Shown here in pieces: positions 10,717 to 20,943 of a DNA stretch of 64,000 nt. Position numbers and translations under genes: made by a program. The notes under the pieces were generated by a model. That model saw only the letters and a program-made list of their open reading frames with translations, searched no databases and was not told the DNA's origin. Source of the DNA: a bacterium (GTDB lineage: Bacteria > UBA8248 > JACPRG01 > G963555815); assembly GCA_965218795.1 (NCBI GenBank), contig OZ244653.1:2336001-2400000 (forward strand), written 5' to 3'. How positions within the stretch are numbered: position 1 is the stretch's first letter; each line of letters opens with the position of its first letter.

Positions 10717-10846
10717 ATTCCATCAGAAAAAATGAGAGCGGGAAGGGTTTCCTTTGGCTCCACGCCCGGATCACAGCGGGCAAGCGCCAGGGTCCGCGAG
10801 CCTTCGCCCGGGCGTTTCCGCCGACCTCACGGTCGGGGCCGCGGCC

Positions 10847-12220
10847 CTAACCCGCTTTGACTCCATGATCCAGCCGCTGCCGCAGGATGTCCCACCCGCG
10901 TAAAAGATCGACGGCCCGATCCATCTGAATGTCTCCGGTCTTCTCCATCGGCTTCCTCTCGCGGACACCGGGAGCGGCAACGCCCGGCGTGCTCTCCGGG
11001 TCGTCCTTTCCTTCCAGCGACCCCTTCAGGTCGCTTTCTCTCAACCTTCGACGGACATCGGCCTTGGGCTGGGCCGTGGGCTCGACGATGATGTCAGGCG
11101 TGATTCCGCGTCCCTGGATCTGTCGCCCGTTCGGCGTGTAATACAGTCCCGTGGTCATCCGTAATCCGGAGCCGTCGCTGAGCGGAAGGATGGTCTGGAC
11201 CGACCCCTTCCCGAAGGTCGGGGTCCCCGCAATCACCGCGCGTCCCAGATCCTGCAAGGCCCCGGCCACGATCTCAGAGGCGCTGGCGCTTCCCCCGTTG
11301 ACCAGCACCACAATAGGAATGTTGACGCCAAGGCTCCGTCCCCTCGAGTGAAACCGCATGTTCTGTTCGGATCTCCGTCCCTTGGTGTAGACCAGCAGGG
11401 ACCCTTCATCGACAAAGGAATCGGTGACCGCCACAGCGGCTGAGAGGAGTCCGCCGGGGTTGTTCCGGAGATCGAGGACCAGTCCTTTCAGCGAATGGGC
11501 GCCCAATGTCTCCAATCCCTTCTTCACATCCCGGCCCGTGTCCTGAATGAATTGGCTAATCTGGATGTAGCCGAACCCATCCCCCAACTTGCGATAGCTC
11601 ACACTCCCGATCTGGATGACCTCTCGAACGAGCGTGAACTTGCGCGGTTTCTTCCAGCCGGATCGCAATATCTCGATCGCCACTTCAGAACCGGGCTCGC
11701 CCCGCAGCTTTTGTACGGCGTTGAACAGCGTCATCCCCTTGGTGGTTTGGCCGTCCACAGTCACAATTCGATCGCCCGACTTGAGGCCGGCGCGCTGGGC
11801 GGGCGTGCCGTCAATGGGGGAAATAATGAGCAGGACGCCGTTTCGCATCGTGATCTCAATGCCGAGTCCCCCGAATTTGCCGCGGGTTTCAACCTGAGAC
11901 TCGCGGAACGCCTCGGGCGGCAGGTACGTCGTATGGGGATCCAGGGTTTGAAGCATTCCCCGGATGGCCCCTCGGATGAGTTGCTGGTTTCCGAGACCCT
12001 CCACATAATTCGACTTGAGAAGCGAAAGAACCTCGGCGAAGGTCTTGAGGTCTTCATATAAGGTCTTCGTCGGTTTTTCGTTGGACTGGTCCGTTGCGGG
12101 CTTCGTGTCTTGCGAGTCGGCGGGCCCGGAGACGCCCAAGACGATCCCTCCAACCAGGGCAAGGGACAGGATGAATGATGGCAGCCGGGCGGCTCTTGGG
12201 TTGGTCCTGGTCCAGCGCAT
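10847..12220 (-). CDS. ctpA: Carboxyl-terminal processing protease (S41A, PDZ domain)
   Basis: LDPHT, FGGLGI, DLRNNPGG, SASASEIVAGALQD, TFGKGSVQ, GITPD; N-terminal signal-like segment. Confidence 0.93.
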   Translation of the reverse strand: MRWTRTNPRAARLPSFILSLALVGGIVLGVSGPADSQDTKPATDQSNEKPTKTLYEDLKTFAEVLSLLKSNYVEGLGNQQLIRGAIRGMLQTLDPHTTYLPPEAFRESQVETRGKFGGLGIEITMRNGVLLIISPIDGTPAQRAGLKSGDRIVTVDGQTTKGMTLFNAVQKLRGEPGSEVAIEILRSGWKKPRKFTLVREVIQIGSVSYRKLGDGFGYIQISQFIQDTGRDVKKGLETLGAHSLKGLVLDLRNNPGGLLSAAVAVTDSFVDEGSLLVYTKGRRSEQNMRFHSRGRSLGVNIPIVVLVNGGSASASEIVAGALQDLGRAVIAGTPTFGKGSVQTILPLSDGSGLRMTTGLYYTPNGRQIQGRGITPDIIVEPTAQPKADVRRRLRESDLKGSLEGKDDPESTPGVAAPGVRERKPMEKTGDIQMDRAVDLLRGWDILRQRLDHGVKAG

Positions 12221-12239
12221 TTTTTCTCCTTTCCGGCTA

Positions 12240-12879
12240 CTACGTTCGGACTTGGAGCCACCGCATGGGGTCCACCGGCTTGCCTGGATGGCGAAGCTCG
12301 AAATAGATGGCCGGCCGACCCAACATGCCGCCCTCTCCGACCCAAGCGATGGTCTGTCCTTCTTTGACCTTCTCACCCACCCGAACCGTTGGAATGGTCC
12401 GGTGAGCATAGAGCGAGTAAAAGCTTTTCCCATGATTCAGCACCAGAAGATTTCCGTACCCCCGCAGCCGGTCGGCAGGCATCACCATCCCGCCGCCGAC
12501 CGCCTGGACGGGTTCGCCCAGTTTGGTCGCCAACGTGACGCCCGTGTTCACGGCGAGACGGACTGGATTTCTGAATCGGATCGGACCGGCTGATGATTCG
12601 TCCAGCGACCGGCCATGGCAAAAGCCCTTTTCGCTCCGAGAAGGACTGGAGCCGGGCCTTGGCCCCCCCGGAGGACCATTGTTTCAAAAGCGCCTCCCAG
12701 GCGCCCGGTCGCCTGGCGAAGTTCGTCATATGCCTGCCGCTGGCGGTCCTTACGCTTTCGGATGGAAGCAAGAAAGGCCGCCTTCTTCCGGACCGCGCGA
12801 AGCCGCGCCGCTGGGTCCCCGCCAAGAACAAGAACTCGCCGCGGCCGTAAGACCTGGAGACATTCTTCAAACGGATCAC
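12240..12879 (-). pseudogene. Collapsed ftsE'-'envC remnant: FtsE-like N-terminus joined to the EnvC/M23 C-terminus, frameshifted
   Basis: MIRLKNVSRSYG-RGEFLFLAG resembles an FtsE start; KGLLPWPVAG and RGYGNLLVLNHG..YAH..YFELR..VDP are EnvC-like and lie in different frames; sits upstream of ctpA. Confidence 0.7.
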
Positions 12880-12943
12880 GTAGAAAGCTGTCCTCTGCGG
12901 ACCTTCAGAGAAACGAGCCCGGCATCTCCCCGATAATCAGCTG

Positions 12944-14323
12944 CTAGGGCGGATCGTTCTTCATGGTCCGGATCTTCTGGAGCAGGTTCTCCAGACGGTC
13001 GATGGCCTCTTCCTTGCCCGATGCAGGCTCGTCAGGCGCCGGCTCCTCCGGGCCATCGGGTCCGGCTGGGACCGAGGATATCTCGACGCCTCCTTGGGCG
13101 GGCGCATGATCCGGTTCTCGGTCTTCGACCGAAGTTTCTACTTCGAGATCGGGCTTCGCCCCCAGGTCCGAACCGATGTCCTCCACTCCGGACATCCATT
13201 CGGGTGACTCTTCAGACGGAGGCTCCTTGATTTCGGCGGGATCTTCCTTGGCGAGCGATTCTTTCTCCAACACCAGAAGGTCTTCCAGCTCCCCGGCAAG
13301 CCGGTCTTCCTCATCCGTGATTTCGGAAGACGATGCCGGTTCCTCCTCCGCTTCCGCCACAGAGAGGTCGGTGCCGGGACCGGCATCATCTCCCCTCTCT
13401 TCATCCCTCAGGTCCAACAGACCCAGGTCAACCAAAGCTTCTTCGTCCTCCGGACTTCCTTGCCCCGCCTGGCCCAAGGGCTTTTCTTCTGCGGCCGGAG
13501 GCTCCTCTTCTTTCTCCTCCTCAGCAATCAGCGAATCCACGGAAACTACGCTTTCTTCCATCTTTTCGCGAATCCCTTGAAGCTGAACGAGTTCCTCGAC
13601 CTTGTTTCTGATTTCGTCATCGTCCGGGCTGTCTTCCAAAATTTTCTTGTATGTGGCCAGCGCATCCCCGTGGCGCCCCTGTTCTTCGTACAACCTTGCA
13701 AGGGTGCGCGTATCCAATGGTTCCGATTCGTCCATATCCGCAAGCTCGGTGAATGGACTCTCCTCGGAAACGGTTTCCATCGGGGATTTGGCCGCCGATT
13801 CCTCCTCCGAGGGCGCTTCAACGGTGGCGGGAACCTCGTCTACAAACGTTTCATCGAGGGCTTCCGTCTCATCAGTTTCCGCCGGCGGAGCTTCCCCGGA
13901 CCCGGCTGCCGCTGCCATCTCATCCAGTCCGGCGAGAGATTTCAACGCCTCTTCATGGCCGGGAAACAACCAGAGGATCTCCTCAAATTGCTTCTTGGCC
14001 TCCGCCACGTTTGCGGCCTCCTGATACAGGTTGCCGAGGAGACGGCGAGCCAGGATGTTGCTTGGGGCCGCTTCAATCACGGCCTCCAATTCAGCCTGGG
14101 CCTCTTCGGTCTCGCCGCTTTCCATCAGGATGACGGCCAAAGCCATCCGGGCGCTCAGGTAATCCGGGTGGTGCTTCAATCCCTCGAGGCAAACTTGACG
14201 GGCTTGACCGTACTCCATGGCCCGCCGATAGGCATTGGCCAGAACGAGAAAACCAAAGCCTTCCGCGCCCGGCCGCTGAACCTCCTCGCCGGGTTCCTCT
14301 GCTTCCTTCTTCCCGCGCGCCAA
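12944..14323 (-). CDS. Tetratricopeptide-repeat protein with a long acidic low-complexity region
   Basis: LANAYRR..GLKHHPDYLSAR, TRTLARLYEEQG TPR-like repeats; LENLLQKI C-terminus; start assumed at TTG 14323 after an AAGGA RBS. Confidence 0.75.
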   Translation of the reverse strand: MARGKKEAEEPGEEVQRPGAEGFGFLVLANAYRRAMEYGQARQVCLEGLKHHPDYLSARMALAVILMESGETEEAQAELEAVIEAAPSNILARRLLGNLYQEAANVAEAKKQFEEILWLFPGHEEALKSLAGLDEMAAAAGSGEAPPAETDETEALDETFVDEVPATVEAPSEEESAAKSPMETVSEESPFTELADMDESEPLDTRTLARLYEEQGRHGDALATYKKILEDSPDDDEIRNKVEELVQLQGIREKMEESVVSVDSLIAEEEKEEEPPAAEEKPLGQAGQGSPEDEEALVDLGLLDLRDEERGDDAGPGTDLSVAEAEEEPASSSEITDEEDRLAGELEDLLVLEKESLAKEDPAEIKEPPSEESPEWMSGVEDIGSDLGAKPDLEVETSVEDREPDHAPAQGGVEISSVPAGPDGPEEPAPDEPASGKEEAIDRLENLLQKIRTMKNDPP

Positions 14324-14598
14324 AAGTCGAACTCCTTCCCGCTGTTTGGTCAATATCTCAAATCGCAAGCAATAACTTATCAAACGGGTTTCACGGTTCG
14401 CAACATTTCTATTGCACTCCTTGGGTCCTTGGACGCAAATGGACCCGGACGAACTCGTCCGCTCAGGACGTCCCCACGGACCCCGGCAGGGCCTGATCGG
14501 ACTTGAAAAGAGGAAACCAACCCGATAAATTGACAATCGCCCTTTCGGCAGGAGGGTCCGTTGGGGTCCCTTCCCCATACTGTAAGGAGAAAACCTGG

Positions 14599-15653
14599 AT
14601 GGAGGCGCCATCGGATTCCAAAGGGAAGGCGTTGGAGAGTGCCTTCTCTCAAATCGAGAGGCAATTCGGTAAAGGCGCGATCATGCGATTGGGCGACGCC
14701 CCTCCCCTGAACAACATCCCCGCCATCTCCACGGGGTCAATATCCCTGGACGCGGCCTTGGGAATCGGAGGGGTTCCCAGGGGCCGAATCGTTGAGATTT
14801 ACGGTCCTGAATCTTCCGGCAAGACCACCCTCGCTCTCCATATCGTGGCTGAAGCTCAAAAACAGGGCGGCATCACCGGATTCGTTGACGCCGAACACGC
14901 CCTGGACCCCCGCTACGCGGAAAGCTGGGGGTCATCACCGATGATCTGGTGATCAGCCAGCCCGACTCGGGAGAACAAGCCTTGGAGATTACCGAGGTAC
15001 TGGTACGAAGCAGCGCCCTAGACCTCGTGGTGGTGGATTCAGTGGCCGCACTGGTCCCGAAGGCTGAGCTCAGCGGCGATATGGGAGATTCCCATATGGG
15101 CCTGCAGGCACGCCTGATGTCTCAGGCTTTGCGGAAGCTGACAGGTGTAATCAGCAAGTCAAACACCTGCGTCATCTTCATCAATCAGATCCGGATGAAA
15201 ATCGGGGTGATGTTCGGCAATCCGGAAACCACGCCCGGCGGAAACGCTTTGAAATTCTACTCTTCGATTCGGATGGACATCCGGCGCATCTCGGCGATCA
15301 AAGAGGGGGGTGAGGTGATCGGAAACCGGACGCGCGTCCGGGTCGTCAAGAATAAAATGGCCGCCCCTTTCCGTCAGGCGGAATTCGATATTGTCTACAA
15401 CCAGGGAATCTCCAAGGCGGGCGATCTGTTGGACTTGGCAACAGAGATGGACCTGATCAAAAAAAGCGGTGCCTGGTTTTCCTATGAAAATGAGCGCATC
15501 GGCCAAGGCCGGGAGAATGCCCGGCGATTTCTGGAAAAGAACCCCGACGTCATGGAAACCCTCGAATCGAAAGTCCGGGAGAGCCTGGACCAGGCCGCTT
15601 CCGGCGTTCCCGTCGCGGGAGACGACCCGGACGCCGAAGATCCCGATGAGTAA
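14599..15653 (+). CDS. recA: Recombinase A, split by a 1-nt deletion at about 14921-14923 (probable sequencing error)
   Basis: [12 protein letters not shown] Walker A, DAEHALDP, then [36 protein letters not shown]; one added A restores ..YAEKLGV.. Confidence 0.95.
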
Positions 15654-16278
15654 GGACCGGAAGCCAAGGGTCATGGCTCCCACACACCCTGACCAACGAC
15701 ACCGAAAGCCCTCCCCTTCCGAATCCCCTGCCTCGGGACGCGGGCCTGCCGACACCGTTGAATCCGCCAAATCGGATGCCTATCGGCTTCTCGCCCGGCG
15801 GCCGCGCACCCGAAAAGATGTCCGCACCCGGCTCGAGCAACGCGGCCATCCCGAGGAAGCGGTCCGGATCTCCCTGAACGACCTGTCCGAACTGGGCTAT
15901 GTGGACGATCTCGGTTTTTCTCGGGAGTGGTGCCGTCAGCGAATGGAATCTCGGCCTCTCGGTGCACGGGGCCTTCGCCGGGAGCTCGTCCAGAAAGGCG
16001 TAGCTCCCTCCATCGCGGAAGAAGCCATTGAAGAGATATTTGCGGTCGAGAACGAGGGCCTCATCGCAAGACGTCTGATCCTGGCACGTCTCGAGAAGGG
16101 GCATCAGATGACGTCTCCGAAAGATATTCGCCGGATGAAAGGTTTTCTTGTCCGTCGCGGTTTCTCTCCGGATACCGTGCACTGGGCCCTCTCGGCAGCA
16201 GCGGATGAATCGGTCGAGACCCCCTCCATGAGAGAATGGGGCGAGGCTTCCGAGACCGAGGTTCTTCACGAATTCTGA
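15646..16278 (+). CDS. recX: Regulatory protein RecX
   Basis: [32 protein letters not shown]; overlaps the recA stop. Confidence 0.88.
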   Translation: MSKDRKPRVMAPTHPDQRHRKPSPSESPASGRGPADTVESAKSDAYRLLARRPRTRKDVRTRLEQRGHPEEAVRISLNDLSELGYVDDLGFSREWCRQRMESRPLGARGLRRELVQKGVAPSIAEEAIEEIFAVENEGLIARRLILARLEKGHQMTSPKDIRRMKGFLVRRGFSPDTVHWALSAAADESVETPSMREWGEASETEVLHEF

Positions 16279-16324
16279 GTTCCTCCCATTCTAAGGTTCT
16301 CAAATCCGGCCAAGACGGAAATAA

Positions 16325-16685
16325 ATGGAGGTTTCGGACGATCGCGATCCTTTCTTTCCTGATCCTCGCACTCACGGCCGCAGCGCCTCTCGCCGCCGGC
16401 ACCGGAACCATTCCCCGAAGCGAAGCGGTCTCTCCTGAACAATCCACCCAAACGCCCCAAGTATCCGTTGCCCCTGGCTCACACTTGTTCCTTGAAGAAC
16501 AAATGGCCCGCGACGGTAACGCTCGGGGGGCGGACATTCAGGTCGAGCGGGTGATCCGCAACAAAGACCGGGGGCATTTTGACCGGCGGGTTCAGCAGAT
16601 GGGGTTTCGGTCGGCCAAAGAAGTCATCAACAGAGATCAGACACTGAAGCAAACCCTTCCCCGAAACCCAGGCACCCGTCCATGA
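16325..16685 (+). CDS. Small hypothetical secreted protein (start probably affected by a 1-nt indel)
   Basis: RFRTIAILSFLILALTAAAPLAA looks like a signal peptide; removing one G from ATGGAGG puts the ATG at 16325 in frame. Confidence 0.35.
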
Positions 16686-16761
16686 AGACAAACCATTCCG
16701 CTGATCAGGCTCGTCCCCGCCGGCGGCTGGCAGGCCGGAAGCGACCGCTCAGAGCAACCGA

Positions 16762-17250
16762 TTGAGATTATCCGGTCCGACATCACCGCATTCCTCCGCC
16801 CTGGGGCCCCTCCCCAAAACCCTGAGAACGCCACCCTGGGAAATCCGGCGAATCGGAGGCGACAGGATACCGTTGGCGTGGCTGAAGCACCCATCGGGGA
16901 TATATGTTCTCGAATTACAATTGAGTCGGAAGATTCATCTCAAGGCCGGCGCCCTCCAAAGGCGGACCCTCCTTCCGGGTCGATACTTTTACGTCGGACG
17001 GGCGATGCGTGGATTGGCGGCGCGCCTGAAGCGGCATCAGGTCAGGGCGAAGATCTCACCCCGCTGGCACATTGACTACCTCCGGGCCCGGACCCGCTTC
17101 GTCGCCGTGCATGTGCACCCCACCGACGATTCGAGCCTGGAGTGTGAAACGGCAGGAGGCTTGTTGACCGATTCCGGACGAATTCCGATCCCCCGCTTTG
17201 GCGCCTCGGACTGCAAGTGCCCTACTCACCTCATCTATTTTCCCCGCTAA
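16762..17250 (+). CDS. GIY-YIG (Uri superfamily, DUF123-like) endonuclease
   Basis: GIYVL..YFYVGRA, RLKRH, WHIDY, FGASDCKCPTHL; true start probably later. Confidence 0.82.
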   Translation: MRLSGPTSPHSSALGPLPKTLRTPPWEIRRIGGDRIPLAWLKHPSGIYVLELQLSRKIHLKAGALQRRTLLPGRYFYVGRAMRGLAARLKRHQVRAKISPRWHIDYLRARTRFVAVHVHPTDDSSLECETAGGLLTDSGRIPIPRFGASDCKCPTHLIYFPR

Positions 17251-17428
17251 GGATATTGTTCGTGTCCGCCCTGGGTCTTGCAGACCTCATCCACCCCCGT
17301 CCGCTCAATCTTCCTTTGCTATCCCCTTGAGAACGGTTCACACTGTACAATCGGTTTTCCCGCGTGAGTGTCTGCGAAAGCAGCGTCCAGTCTGATTGAA
17401 ATCTCGAATGCCGAGGAGGATATGGGCC

Positions 17429-18745
17429 ATGACGGGCTCTCTGGCGGTTCGCGGCGCGACCTTGGTGACGATGGAGCCCGAAATCGGTGTGATACCGGAC
17501 GGACTGCTGGTCATCGAGGATGATCGGATTGTGGAGGTAGAGAAAAACACCGGCCGGGATCCTCAAGCCGATGAATTGATCGACGGCGGCGGTCTCGTCG
17601 TCCTGCCCGGCTTCGTGAACGCTCATGCCCATACCCGCCCCGTTCGCGGACTCGGTGATGAGCTCCCCGTACCCGAATGGCACCTCCGCTACGCCGACGG
17701 CGTCAGCGTTCTCATGGATGACGAAGACTCCCGCAAGGGAGCCCGCCTGGCGTTCGCTGAATGCCTCCTGGCCGGGTATACCACGGCCATGGCCATGCCG
17801 GTGAAACCCCAAGGCTGTTTCCGGGGGGCGGTCGAGATTGGCATTCGGGCCGGGGTGGCTCCGCATACGGCGGACCAGCCGCTGATTGAAGGTTCCTGTG
17901 ACACCATCGAGGACAATGACCGCCTCATCGAGGAGTGCGGAACATCCCCGGATGAACGGGTCCATTCCTGGTTGGGGTTCGACGTTCTGGCGGGGTGCAG
18001 CGATTCCATGATGCGCGGAATGCGCGAGCGCGCCGATCAGTTCCGTGTCCGCATCCACGGTCACATGAGCGAGCACCAGGGGGAGGTCGACTACGCATTG
18101 GAGCGATGGGGCACACGGCCCCCCCCAGCCATGGAGGAAGCCGGGCTTCTCGGACCGGACGTCCTGCTGGCGCATTGCGTGAAGATCAATCGCGACGATA
18201 TCGAGTTGCTCGCCCGGACGGGAACGAATGTGGTCCACAACCCCATCACCAACATGAAATTCGGCAGCGGGGGCGCGCCGGTCCCGGCGCTGTTGGAAGC
18301 AGGTGTGACCGTGGCGCTCGGGACGGACGGGCTGTTGTCCACGTATCGGCTCGATCCCTTTGAGACCATGCGCCAGGCCCTGAACCTGCAGCGCCTGCTG
18401 GCGGAGGACGCAGCCGCGCTGCCGACCTTCAAAGCGATGGAAATGGCCACCATCCATGGGAACCGGGCCCTGGGCAACGACGGCGGGCGTCTGCATCCGG
18501 GATTCAAGGCGGACCTGACCATGATTGACATGCGGAAGCCGCACCTCACACCCAGCGCTGTCGGGGACCACGATAACCTCATTGCGCGGCTGGTCTGGTC
18601 GGCGTGCGCCGCGGACGTGGACACGGTCATTGTCGATGGGTCCGTGGTGGTGAGAAACCGCAAACTCACGCGGGTGGATGAAGAGCTGGTTCGGCGGGAG
18701 GCCCAGATGGCCTCGGACCGTCTCCTGGCACAATTGAAGACCTGA
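17429..18745 (+). CDS. Amidohydrolase, MTA/SAH deaminase (Atz/Trz-like) family
   Basis: PGFVNAHAH, HMSE, LAHCV, HNPITN, LGTDG, VDTVIVDG; GGAGGA RBS. Confidence 0.9.
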   Translation: MTGSLAVRGATLVTMEPEIGVIPDGLLVIEDDRIVEVEKNTGRDPQADELIDGGGLVVLPGFVNAHAHTRPVRGLGDELPVPEWHLRYADGVSVLMDDEDSRKGARLAFAECLLAGYTTAMAMPVKPQGCFRGAVEIGIRAGVAPHTADQPLIEGSCDTIEDNDRLIEECGTSPDERVHSWLGFDVLAGCSDSMMRGMRERADQFRVRIHGHMSEHQGEVDYALERWGTRPPPAMEEAGLLGPDVLLAHCVKINRDDIELLARTGTNVVHNPITNMKFGSGGAPVPALLEAGVTVALGTDGLLSTYRLDPFETMRQALNLQRLLAEDAAALPTFKAMEMATIHGNRALGNDGGRLHPGFKADLTMIDMRKPHLTPSAVGDHDNLIARLVWSACAADVDTVIVDGSVVVRNRKLTRVDEELVRREAQMASDRLLAQLKT

Positions 18746-18796
18746 TCGTCGGCCGGTCGACGGCATGACCGCGGGTTTCAAGATCGACGATCCGGA

Positions 18797-19490
18797 TCAG
18801 GCGTCCTCCCTGCTCATACTCAACACGGGCGCCTGCCCCGGAAGACCCTGAAAGACATGAAGCATGAATGCGGACGAGACAATGGGGGCAAGGAGGTTGA
18901 CAAAGGGTACGGCGAACCACAGGGCGATGGAAACAACCGGCCAAAAGGGTGCGAAGTCTGAATCGCCCGCGAAGCTGACGCAAATCGCGGGCGTCCATCC
19001 GCCGAATGGCAACGAGTTCAAAATATTCACGTCCCAACAGGATGGCGTTCACGAGGAAGGACAACGGAACGCCCACGGCCGGGAAAAAATAAAGCGGCAC
19101 GATGAGCAGTTGAAGGATGACGGTCATCCCGGTCAGTTTGGCGGAGATGGCCAGGACTTCCATGAGGGGCTGACTGCGCGGGGCGGGAAGATCCGGGTAG
19201 TGCCGGGCCTCGACCCAGCGGAGAATCTTTTCGAGAAAAATTGTCATGACCAGTGTGACCACGGCCGGAAACAGCATCCAGGTGAGCAGAAGGACCGCGA
19301 GGCCGCCCAGCACGTCGATGATCCGGTCGATCCAAACCGTTTCAAACAATGAAATTTGAAATAATCCCCACCATACCAGCGCATAGAGGGTGATCAACAC
19401 CACAATGGTCAGGCACAAGCTGCGCCAGATGACGCTCCAACTCGTCCGGTCCTTGAGGATGGCAATGGCTCGAAGGCCTGCTACGAACAT
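18797..19490 (-). CDS. EI24/CysZ-like membrane protein (frameshift near 18945)
   Basis: Hydrophobic helices, VEARHYP, LLGREYFELVA; C-terminus VPFVNLLAP..AFMLH continues in another frame. Confidence 0.72.
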
Positions 19491-19597
19491 TCCACGCTAC
19501 GCTCCGGGACAGCCGTTGTGACCCGACCTGCCGGCAGAGACAAAAACTTCAAGGGCAGGCCGATTTCACGCTGCCCCTCTCACCATGGAAGAGTGAT

Positions 19598-20872
19598 ATG
19601 ACCAACCGCTGGGTCATCGCAATATCCGCGGGGCTGGTCAGTATGTTCGGGTTCGCGAGCCGCGGCGTGTTCGGCGTCTTTTACGTCCAGATGCTGAGGG
19701 AGTTTCCCTGGGATCGCGCCAGCCTGGCCGGGGCCTATTCCCTCGGCATGCTTCTCATGGGTTTTGGCGGACCTGTCGCCGGAGCCCTCTCCCGCCGCTT
19801 CGGCCTGAAGCGATTTTACCTGTTCAGCGCGGTTCTTGTCGGCCTGACCTACCTCCTGACGAGCCGTATCCAGACCTTGGCGCAAGTGTACCTGACTTTT
19901 GGTCTGCTCGGGGGTCTCTCCCTGGCGGCGCTCGGGTTCGGCCCCTCACAAGGTTTGGCCGCAAGATGGTTCCAATCCAAAAGGGGCCTGGCTATCGGGA
20001 TTGTCGGCGCAGGCGCGGGGATGTACCCGCTCCTGGCCCCCTTCGCCCAATTTCTCGTGGACGCCCTGGGCTGGCGCGGCGGTCTGGTCGTTCTCGGGTT
20101 ACTGTTTTTCGTTGTCGTTGCGGTCCTCGGGACGCTGGGGCTTCGTGAGCCGCCCGAAAACATCGACGCCCCCGACTCCGGTTCCGTTGAGGAGAATCCC
20201 CAGGCGCCCCGGGGTGTTCCATGGACTCTCCGGCAGTCGCTGAAGACATCGCCCATCTGGTTGATTACCCTCGCCTGGTTTTGCCTGGCCAACGCGATTC
20301 ACTTCATCAACGCCCATCTCGTGGTCCTGCTCATTGAGATCGGCTATTCGGCTATGCTGGCCGCCGGGGTCATCGCGATCATCGGTGTGTTTTCCGTGGT
20401 CTGCCGCGTCTTGGGCGGCTCGTTGTCCGATTATTTTGGTCGGGTGCGAACGTACGTTGGCGGAGCGACGACCTCGGCCATCGCGCTGTTGGTCCTCTTT
20501 TACCTCCTCATGATCGACCGGGAAGGATCAGGGGCGTGGATAGGGGGATGGGTGTACGGCTTTGCGGTGCTCTTCGGGATCGGCACCGGAGCCCAGACGA
20601 CCCAATTGACAGCGCTGGCGTCGGATATGTACCTGGGTCCGTCATTTGCCAGCATCGTCGGATTCCTCACCATTGGTTTCGGCCTGGGCGGCGCGCTGGG
20701 CCCGTGGCTTGGGGGACTCATCTATGAACGAACCGGGAGTTACGAGGTGATGATCCTCTATGTGATCTTCGCCCTCGTCTGTTCCTCGGTCAGCCTGGCC
20801 GCGGCAGGGCGAAGGGTTCGGTCCTACCGGGAATCCCTCGTCCTGGCCGGGGGTTCCCGGAGGATCCGATGA
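19598..20872 (+). CDS. MFS transporter
   Basis: About 12 hydrophobic segments, GALSRRFG and GSLSDYFGR motif-A loops, RWFQSKRGLAIG. Confidence 0.92.
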   Translation: MTNRWVIAISAGLVSMFGFASRGVFGVFYVQMLREFPWDRASLAGAYSLGMLLMGFGGPVAGALSRRFGLKRFYLFSAVLVGLTYLLTSRIQTLAQVYLTFGLLGGLSLAALGFGPSQGLAARWFQSKRGLAIGIVGAGAGMYPLLAPFAQFLVDALGWRGGLVVLGLLFFVVVAVLGTLGLREPPENIDAPDSGSVEENPQAPRGVPWTLRQSLKTSPIWLITLAWFCLANAIHFINAHLVVLLIEIGYSAMLAAGVIAIIGVFSVVCRVLGGSLSDYFGRVRTYVGGATTSAIALLVLFYLLMIDREGSGAWIGGWVYGFAVLFGIGTGAQTTQLTALASDMYLGPSFASIVGFLTIGFGLGGALGPWLGGLIYERTGSYEVMILYVIFALVCSSVSLAAAGRRVRSYRESLVLAGGSRRIR

Positions 20873-20943
20873 CGCTCCCCCGACCGCTATTCCGATCTCA
20901 TGCTGGCCGAGCGCCAGCCGTCGGACAGGAGTCCAAAACGGGC

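Noticed and set aside
14530-14560. TTGACA upstream of recA as a promoter or SOS box
   Set aside because: No matching -10 at a proper spacing and no LexA box that I recognise.
14921-14923. Programmed frameshift in recA
   Set aside because: No canonical slippery heptamer, and no precedent known to me; a homopolymer error is simpler.
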